Source: Blastocatellia bacterium (GTDB lineage: Bacteria; Acidobacteriota; Blastocatellia; RBC074). From it: 64,000 nt of DNA. A model generated the notes under the pieces. That model ran no database searches. It saw only the letters and a program-made list of their open reading frames with translations, and was not told where the DNA came from. The translations under genes were made by a program, and so were the position numbers. This document shows, piece after piece, positions 12,701 to 19,012 of the stretch (positions within the stretch are counted from its first letter, which is position 1; each line of letters starts with the position of its first letter). The stretch covers positions 67 to 64,066 of the forward strand of contig DAOMFR010000019.1 of the NCBI GenBank assembly GCA_035429885.1, in the 5' to 3' direction.

Positions 12701-15700
12701 GCAGTGCAACATTCAGCGCTTCTGCCGTGCGTTCGGCCATCAGATTGATCTGCTGCGAGGCCGGAGCGACCGCGAAGGTGAATTGTTCGTAGCCCGGTTC
12801 GATGGTTTGTGCGTCCGGCAAAGGGCGATCCAGGCTGGCGGGATCATAAGCGGGAATGTTCGGTTTGACTGGCACGGGCTGGTCCGGGAAGTCAACGTTT
12901 CGCACCGCAGGCCATTTATCCGTGTTGGCTCGATCTTTGGGTTCGACGCCGTGTTCACCCTGGGTATCGTCAACTGTGCGCGTAAAGAACACGAGTTTTT
13001 CCGGCTCTTGCAGTTCGACATTGATCACGCCGCCGCCTTCGCCCTCTGCCGCAACTTCCAGGAGGATTTGCGGCTTCGGATAAACGTTCGGCTTTTCCTG
13101 GCTGGCCTGAACATTCCACAACGGAACCTGCCAGCCTTCATTCGGAATATCGCTTCCCCAATCGCTATCCACGTTGATGACACGGCTTTTGAATTCATCG
13201 CCCGTCACGAACCCGCGCGAAATGGCCTCGGCACCGAATTCGGGATATTTGCGAACGGGCTGTAAGAGTTCGACGAACTCGCGCACTTTTCGCAGCAGGG
13301 GGCGTCCCAGATGATGTTCCTGCTTGTCTTTGAACTGCTCAGTAGGCGCAACAGTGCGTTCGTAAATGATGACGTGCTTGGCCAGATTCCAGAACGCCCC
13401 GATGCGGCCAATCCGTTCGATGCTATAAAAGTATGTCCGCCCCATCGCCACGTTGGCATAAATCGTGGTCAGTCCGCCGTTAAACACCGCTTTCTGATTT
13501 CCCCATCCGCCCAGCGAGGAAAAGAACGGATTGGCCAGTTGGCTGCCGTCAAAAGATTTCGGCTCACTGAGCAACTGGTCGTAAATGTTGGCGGATTCGA
13601 ATCCCCAAGTGACGCCGCCTACCAACCCATCCGGCGGCGAGGACGCTCGGCGAGGATCGTTTTCTGGAACTAATTTGGTCGAAATTGGATACCGCAGCTT
13701 CGCCGTGTTTCTCAACTCATAGTTCACGCCTTCCGTGACAATCAGATTCGCGGGTTGATTGGCATCGTAAGCTTCCAGAACAGACAGGCGGGACAAATAG
13801 CGACTGTAAAGCTCCGCCCACGCGCGGCGAAATTCTTTGTAAACCTCCAGCTGCCGGCTGGAAGCGGAAGTTTTCCATTTCAAATCCCGGCTCAATCGTC
13901 CAGGAATCTGGCCGAGTTTTGAATCGAGTTCCGCAAGCCGCAAAAACGGATAAGTGACTTGGCAGGCTAAGCCGTAAAACAGTTCAAAGCGCGCGTTCAC
14001 AATGCTGGCGCCGGGCGCGCGTTGCCCGGGAAAGCCCAGAATTCGCCGTAAATTCCAGGGCGCTTCGGCAAATCGCTGCTTGAAAAACGATGGCTTCAGG
14101 TTGAGTTTGGCCAAGGGCGAGAATCGGAAATCTATTGGCGCATTTTCCGGCACATCTTCGTGCTTGCCGGTCAGCTTCCATTTTTCCATCGCTTCGCCAA
14201 GGCCCTGTGGCGGCAGAAACAGGTTGAATCCTTCGCTGCTGCCGATCAGTTCCCAGCTTGCGCCTTCATCGGCAGTGGCAGACCAATTGCCGATTTCGCG
14301 TATACCTTCCTGCGCAGAACCGACAAACGGCGGAGCTTCGACCAGGGCAACCAAAAACGGCTGCGCATCCAGCGAGATCAGTCTTTGCTGGCCACGCAAT
14401 TGGCTGGAACCTGAACCATATTCCAGCAACCGCATGGAAAGTGTCTGAGATTGCTCCGCTTCGGTTCTCTCTTCGAAATCGAGCATAAATTGCGGCTTCC
14501 GGGTTTGATCCAAAGCCGATTGCTCTGCGGAGCTTTTCAACAATGCGTTGGCCAAGTGGGAAGGAAATGGAATCAACAATGGGCGGCGGCGGCGAAATTG
14601 CCGCTCCAAGCCAGCTTCAAATTCTTCCTCCGCCGTCAGCGTGACGGTGTCGCAAGAACCGAGCACATCGGCTGAAACAAATTCTTCGCCGGGCAAATCG
14701 TCTTGTCCGCCCGGCACCAGATCGAACAGCGCCAGACGGCCTTTGATGTTCACTGTCAACACTTCCGCAGAATACAAATCTCCCAAAGCGGCTTTGCGAA
14801 AACAGACCCGCAGCAGCGAATCCGCCGCAAGTTGCAAATCGGCAAGACGCGCTTGTTTGGCAGGACGTTCGGGAAACACCAAATCCAATGCTCCGACGCG
14901 CGAAATCTGTTCATCGGAATTTCCTGGCAAATGCTCGGTTTGGAACGAAAACGGGAGCGATTCTTTTTCGATAAGCAGCTCATCGGGCTTGCCGTTTTTG
15001 AATTGCGTGCTGACGACCCGGTACGTCAGCCGTAACGGTTCGCCAACTTGGGACAAAAATCCGGGCAAGATGGCTTTGGTGGCGAACTCACTCAGGCTGG
15101 GATAAAGAGAGCGCACCCTAAGTCCGATTCCTCCAGCTCGAAACTTATCACTGTGCAAATCGAACTTGTTATCATCAAAGACCAAATCGCGCGAACCGTC
15201 AGTCATTTTTGCCATCAACGTCCAGCGCGGCGCGGCCAGGGGCGGTTCCGGTGGAGTTCCCCCCGGCACATTTTCCCGCTCGGCCCTTGGCGGATCTTGC
15301 AGCAAATCTTCTCCGGCGGTGAACATCCAAACGGGCATGAAGGAAACCGGGCGACCATCCTGAATCATGTGCAATGCGTGCAGATAGGGCCGGGCGATGG
15401 AATTGTTCCAAAGCTGAAGCACGCTGGTGTGCGGAATGCCTTCAAGCTGCACGACCCATTGGCCGAGCGGAAGTTGATCGTACTGTGTTGTATTGCGATT
15501 GCGGGGTTGGCGCTGGACAATGGTCAGCGGAGCCAGATTCTCATCGTCCAGGTTAAGAGCCTCTGTCTGAGCCTTGCAGATATTCAGCCGCGCATCTTCC
15601 TGCCATTCATTCTCGCCACTGCATCGGCTGACGCGAATATCCGGCGAGGGCGAAAGCACTTTGTGATCAACGCCCGGATGAAGAGAGAGTCTGCGGCTGA

Positions 15701-16337
15701 ATACCAGATGAATCGTAGCAGTTGTGCTCGGCAATCCGGATTCTTCCAGGCAAGCAAAGGTCACCTGGATTTTTGACCGAGGATCATTAGGACTGTCGTT
15801 TGGTTGTTCCGGCGGACCGTCTGATGCGAGTCCCAATCGTCTGGCCAGATCGGGAAGCTCACCAACGCGCCCAATGACCAACGCCTTGTTCCTAAGAGAT
15901 TCAAGCGGCTCGTTTTCGATATCCTCTAGCGCGCCTCTCACTTCCGGGAAAGGGGCCAACCCCGGCGGCCCGATCATTTCCAAAGATTCAACGACAATCT
16001 GCCCGTTGGTCCTGATCTTCAATTGGCAATCGAATTGAAGAACCGGCTTTGCCCCGGTTTTGCGCAGCAAACAACGGATTAGGCAATTGATCCGAATCTC
16101 TTTGCGATTGCTGCTGATTCTCACCTGTTCGCTGCCGTCTTCGTTTTGGGGCAGCACATCAAGAATCAGCAAGGGCTGACCTGACGTATTGACGTCAAAA
16201 AGCACAATGCGGTCAAACCCGACCAAGGGCGCATTTGTCGGACTTTCTTGCGCCCGCTTGTTCACAAGATTCAATTCCAGTTTGAGTTCCAAAGCTCCGG
16301 AGAGTGACTGGCGGTAAGCGCGTAGGATCGTTGGCAT
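9798..16337 (-). CDS. Giant hypothetical protein G1 (2179 aa): N-terminal ~1190 aa unknown, ~520-aa alpha-helical/coiled-coil region, beta-rich then Gly/hydrophobic C-terminal region
   Basis: Uninterrupted 6.5-kb ORF with an AGGAG RBS 8 nt upstream of the ATG at 16337. There is no signal peptide. The central region (about nt 11200-12755) is low in Pro/Gly and rich in A/E/K/Q/L heptad-like sequence. The C-terminus (about nt 10020-10472) has hydrophobic Gly-rich segments (GAFGISGLVMGAGFRLLL, FTLTIFILGGGGWF, AFAITLMLLLKG, LSIVSVSISLLLEA). Confidence 0.85.
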   Translation of the reverse strand: MPTILRAYRQSLSGALELKLELNLVNKRAQESPTNAPLVGFDRIVLFDVNTSGQPLLILDVLPQNEDGSEQVRISSNRKEIRINCLIRCLLRKTGAKPVLQFDCQLKIRTNGQIVVESLEMIGPPGLAPFPEVRGALEDIENEPLESLRNKALVIGRVGELPDLARRLGLASDGPPEQPNDSPNDPRSKIQVTFACLEESGLPSTTATIHLVFSRRLSLHPGVDHKVLSPSPDIRVSRCSGENEWQEDARLNICKAQTEALNLDDENLAPLTIVQRQPRNRNTTQYDQLPLGQWVVQLEGIPHTSVLQLWNNSIARPYLHALHMIQDGRPVSFMPVWMFTAGEDLLQDPPRAERENVPGGTPPEPPLAAPRWTLMAKMTDGSRDLVFDDNKFDLHSDKFRAGGIGLRVRSLYPSLSEFATKAILPGFLSQVGEPLRLTYRVVSTQFKNGKPDELLIEKESLPFSFQTEHLPGNSDEQISRVGALDLVFPERPAKQARLADLQLAADSLLRVCFRKAALGDLYSAEVLTVNIKGRLALFDLVPGGQDDLPGEEFVSADVLGSCDTVTLTAEEEFEAGLERQFRRRRPLLIPFPSHLANALLKSSAEQSALDQTRKPQFMLDFEERTEAEQSQTLSMRLLEYGSGSSQLRGQQRLISLDAQPFLVALVEAPPFVGSAQEGIREIGNWSATADEGASWELIGSSEGFNLFLPPQGLGEAMEKWKLTGKHEDVPENAPIDFRFSPLAKLNLKPSFFKQRFAEAPWNLRRILGFPGQRAPGASIVNARFELFYGLACQVTYPFLRLAELDSKLGQIPGRLSRDLKWKTSASSRQLEVYKEFRRAWAELYSRYLSRLSVLEAYDANQPANLIVTEGVNYELRNTAKLRYPISTKLVPENDPRRASSPPDGLVGGVTWGFESANIYDQLLSEPKSFDGSQLANPFFSSLGGWGNQKAVFNGGLTTIYANVAMGRTYFYSIERIGRIGAFWNLAKHVIIYERTVAPTEQFKDKQEHHLGRPLLRKVREFVELLQPVRKYPEFGAEAISRGFVTGDEFKSRVINVDSDWGSDIPNEGWQVPLWNVQASQEKPNVYPKPQILLEVAAEGEGGGVINVELQEPEKLVFFTRTVDDTQGEHGVEPKDRANTDKWPAVRNVDFPDQPVPVKPNIPAYDPASLDRPLPDAQTIEPGYEQFTFAVAPASQQINLMAERTAEALNVALRNVTMVRARLRTVEEFTEGAQRNGVIAAREGVAKLKRITEQTEEILQTILSKLPKDGNVTQAAVTELTKTIDELIAKHNSSDGLKGNFNALINQTVGDKKLSDLFRGQNVLCGVLNNATDAAIDFAQDRVIKLFADIEADLHKSIDRLSQATGNLKDNVIGAINEYGRRIEDLFTIVNTGLEELMRQAETGYQAALDFKTQAEREINAVINIADKLTTEGSARARQEIEELRRRLQALLRKLESAARSGTETKLAGLIEKVRSNIASLGQKIDVQLGEIDKKLQQGATNVKTELEAFRSNLSTAFVQLENDLKNLRTEIQAALSQAQAEVNKPRQVIKGIQAKLVAAVNQAQATPAALRQAVSDVVNQAESDFRQAIVDAKAKVREITCNVLVAKLLDEASEFGNVLNNLLGGGNVADHFLEKLKAQLTASIGKPFAELRGDIERVFDDIRFRLAPFADRVNQALGEFAGLADETLHQIGDTTLRLLRAFGDAPRVPMLDFNRLRLAYYFDELKRHVDLTPVTALFNRLGDDLKGFGLRFPVANLLDRVVPDALENFDFSNLFPDFAGLKLEKLFSGLKFPLLPKLPGIGNGENVKVTHGVDTQARRAWVKATINVPLTDKATIFSFGPVELKLAKATFTSEAMITAELGSAPRLKVQGQIKGDWELIILGTSVVTFRETTLTFNDQGKIRFDISTDKIEMAGALQFLTDLLKKFLPSSGDDLPPIRLIIIDGKPAGVETVIDLPLPPVQLGAFGISGLVMGAGFRLLLRPVSTGIEFALGVALSFGKKEDPFTLTIFILGGGGWFDTRLTYYPLNNRLLGDITIGITASASLAIALGPIKGSVSITFGIYADFHIDTGGGSAFAITLMLLLKGEVEVLSIVSVSISLLLEAQYSSDGSLVGRGTLKVRIKICWCFTFKFSKTVTYTFKKGSGSGSQAAIASSFALELAAAGDEFDLAAAEYLAMFE

Positions 16338-16734
16338 AAATCTAACTCCTGGCCGCTAGGCAGTGAAATGGCAGTTCTGAAGTTGTAATTGATGACTGTG
16401 CGATCAACTTGAGAACAGTTATTCGCAAAAGCAATTCCAAGATTGCTTTTCTTAAAGACGCATGCCTGTTGTTTGGTAAGAGGGCTGCTGCTACTCAGCC
16501 AAGTGGAGGACCGATCACTGCGATCCGGCTGACCCAGAATTTTCCCCACAAATCACTGGCTATACACACGGCCGAAGCAACGCCGCGCACTCTACGCCCG
16601 GCAACTTCCGATTGTCAATCTTTTCATTTGGCCCACTGACAAATTCCCGAAAACAATTGTGAAAGCATGGGCGATCCAAAGCTGAGAACGTTGGGGGGGA
16701 ATATTCATCTATGTGAAACGGCAACGGTGTTGTG

Positions 16735-17211
16735 CTAAGCCTGAGACTTCGTCAAGTCGGCGAGCGTCGCGGAAGCGGCTCGTTGCAAATCGGCGGGGGC
16801 CAGAATCATTTGGATTCCGCGCTGACCGGCGCTGACGCTCAGGCGTTCGTGGTTGGGCGCGGTTTGATCCAGGTAAAACGGATACTTCTTTTTCGTGCCC
16901 AGCGGAGACACGCCTCCGCGAATGTACCCGGTCAGGGCTTGGATTTCTTTGACGGCGACCAGTTCGACCTTTTTGTTGCCGGTGGCGGCCGCGAATTTTT
17001 TCAGGTCGAGTTCGGCGTTGCCGGGAATGCAGGCCATGATCACTCCGGTTTTGTCGCCGCGAGCGACCAGCGTTTTGAACGTCGCTTCCGGAGGCATGTT
17101 CACTTTGCGAGCGACGGTAATGGCGTCGAGTTCGTCTTCGTTCACTTCGTATTCGCGCAGTTCGTAGGCGATCTTCAGTTGATCCAGCATTCGTGCGGCA
17201 ATGGTTTTCAT
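16735..17211 (-). CDS. ybaK: Cys-tRNA(Pro)/Cys-tRNA(Cys) deacylase YbaK/EbsC
   Basis: 158-aa ORF that is collinear with the YbaK family ([39 protein letters not shown]). Confidence 0.9.
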   Translation of the reverse strand: MKTIAARMLDQLKIAYELREYEVNEDELDAITVARKVNMPPEATFKTLVARGDKTGVIMACIPGNAELDLKKFAAATGNKKVELVAVKEIQALTGYIRGGVSPLGTKKKYPFYLDQTAPNHERLSVSAGQRGIQMILAPADLQRAASATLADLTKSQA

Positions 17212-17330
17212 CGTTTAGTTCTCTTGGGTGAAAGTTTCCGGTGAAGCAAGTAATTAAGCCATTTGCGCGTTCCAGGCAAGATGGCGGCAGAAATTGACAG
17301 ATGCGCCCTTCGTAAAGATACTGCACGGCG

Positions 17331-17807
17331 ATGAAGCTGTCTCAATTCCAACACAATCAGAAACCAGAGTTGGGGAAACCGGCAAATCCGGCGGTCAAAG
17401 ATTTAGGGCCGCTGGAACGATCGGTCATGGAATTCGTTTGGCAACAGTACGAAACCAACAAGGACGCCAATGTGAAAGTCAGTGTGCGCGATGTGGTTTT
17501 GGCGTTCGACGGACGACTGGCCTACACCACGCTGATGACGACGTTGGATCGGTTGTATAAAAAAGGGTTGTTGCAACGACAGAAAGATGGCCGCGCGTTT
17601 GTGTATACGCCGAGTTTGTCTGCGCAGGAATTGGAACGTAGCTTTGCGCGCAATGTGATTGATGCGCTGTTGGGACGTGGGGAACACGGCGTTGAACCGG
17701 TGTTGGCTTGCATTGTGGACGCTGTTAGCGAACACGATCGCGAATTGCTGGATAATCTGGATCGGTTGATTCAGCAAAAACGGCAAACGCTTGAGGAACA
17801 GGAGTGA
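17331..17807 (+). CDS. BlaI/MecI/CopY family transcriptional repressor
   Basis: 158-aa ORF with a winged-helix penicillinase-repressor pattern (LERSVMEFVWQQ, YTTLMTTLDRLYKKGLLQRQKDGRAFVYTP). Its stop overlaps the start of the next gene (ATGA at 17804-17807). Confidence 0.85.
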   Translation: MKLSQFQHNQKPELGKPANPAVKDLGPLERSVMEFVWQQYETNKDANVKVSVRDVVLAFDGRLAYTTLMTTLDRLYKKGLLQRQKDGRAFVYTPSLSAQELERSFARNVIDALLGRGEHGVEPVLACIVDAVSEHDRELLDNLDRLIQQKRQTLEEQE

Positions 17808-18832
17808 TGACAATGTACGAGTGGTTGGGAATTTGTTTGGCATTGTCCGCTCTGTTGACGCTGAACGCTGCAATCTCGGCGCTGACGGCAATGGTTTGGC
17901 GATTGGTGCAGGCGCGCGCGAACCATTGGTCGGCCAAGACAAAAGCTCAATGGATTTTTGTCTTGCGTGTGTTTCCGGGAATTGCTTCGTTGATCAGTGT
18001 CGCGGTGTTTTTGATTCCTGCCTACATTGCGCACGAACCTCGCCATCAATCGGAACATGTCACGATCAAGCTGGCAGCGCTGGCGGCTTTTTCTGCTGCC
18101 GGAGTGGTCCTGGCAGGCTGGCGAGGATTGGCCGCCTGGCGCGTGACGCGCAACCTGATTCGCCAATGGCTTGCCAATTCTGAATCCATTTCACTGAACC
18201 CAGCCACAATTCAGGTTCCCGCGTACCGGTTGCGGCATGCATTCCCGGTCATTGCGGTTGTCGGGACGTTTCGCCCGAAACTGTTCATTGCGGATTTTCT
18301 GTTTGATTCCTTAACACCGAAAGAATTGGCTGCGGCGATCGCTCACGAATGTGGGCATCTGGCGGCGCGCGACAATTTGAAGCGCACCTTATTAAGAATT
18401 TGCCGCGACGTGTTGACGATTGTTCCTTGCGGGCGTGCGTTGGATCGGTACTGGGCAGAAGCTTCCGAAGAGGCCGCTGATGAATTTGCCGCTCAGCACA
18501 GCGGCCGGACAGCGTTGGAACTGGCTTCGGCGCTCGTAAAAATTGCGCGTTTGGTTCCGCAAGGGGGAAGTCCGATTCTTTCCGCCAAAACCGCCGGAGC
18601 GTTGTTGATTGGCCAGGATTTGACTGGACTCGCCCGCAGAGTCACGCGGTTGACGGAACTAGCCTCCGCGACGAAAACGCATCATTCCATGGAGCTAGAT
18701 GCTCCTACAGCTGTTCCGGCATCGTTATGGTTATTGGCAGGCACGTTGCTGATGGCAATCGCCATGTTGGCCAATTCTTCCCTCGCAACCGTTCATAAAT
18801 GGATCGAATTCACGGTTTCGATTCTGCAATAG
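17804..18832 (+). CDS. M56 family (BlaR1-like) membrane metalloprotease, no obvious extracellular sensor domain
   Basis: 342-aa ORF with several TM segments and the zinc motif AHECGHLAARDN (HExxH). It is translationally coupled to the BlaI-like gene. Confidence 0.85.
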   Translation: MMTMYEWLGICLALSALLTLNAAISALTAMVWRLVQARANHWSAKTKAQWIFVLRVFPGIASLISVAVFLIPAYIAHEPRHQSEHVTIKLAALAAFSAAGVVLAGWRGLAAWRVTRNLIRQWLANSESISLNPATIQVPAYRLRHAFPVIAVVGTFRPKLFIADFLFDSLTPKELAAAIAHECGHLAARDNLKRTLLRICRDVLTIVPCGRALDRYWAEASEEAADEFAAQHSGRTALELASALVKIARLVPQGGSPILSAKTAGALLIGQDLTGLARRVTRLTELASATKTHHSMELDAPTAVPASLWLLAGTLLMAIAMLANSSLATVHKWIEFTVSILQ

Positions 18833-19012
18833 ATTGGAAAATGATTCGGTTACGATTGCTGGTAGTAATACGTCCCACCAACTAGCATCTACAGCTTGAC
18901 GCCTGACTGGTCCAAGCAGGCGCAATTCACTAATCAACAGATACTCAAAAATTGATTTCTGACTGATCAAGGCGGTCGGAAACGGAAAATTTAACTTAAG
19001 GAGTCGCACACA

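Noticed and set aside
4119-16337. Assigning the giant pair to a known class (Tc/ABC toxins, Rhs/YD, MARTX, eCIS or tape-measure components, SMC-like ATPases, or a Druantia/BREX-type defence system).
   Set aside because: I found none of the diagnostic motifs: YD repeats, RTX GGxGxD, Walker A/B, helicase or methyltransferase motifs, and no sheath/tube/baseplate neighbours. The coiled-coil region alone is not diagnostic. I prefer to leave the pair as unknown rather than force a label.
16424-16440. Sigma-54-like -24/-12 element (minus strand TTGGAATTGCTTTTGCG) upstream of the giant operon.
   Set aside because: The GG-to-GC spacing is one nucleotide off the TGGCAC-N5-TTGC consensus, and the -24 element lacks the conserved CAC. 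The same bases form a simple 9-bp hairpin. No enhancer-binding-protein gene lies nearby.
16271-16549. 92-aa minus-strand ORF spanning the G1 start region.
   Set aside because: It overlaps the first 67 nt of G1 out of frame and has no RBS. Its composition is low-complexity and Ser/Leu-rich with no recognisable feature. The G1 ATG at 16337 has a proper AGGAG RBS.
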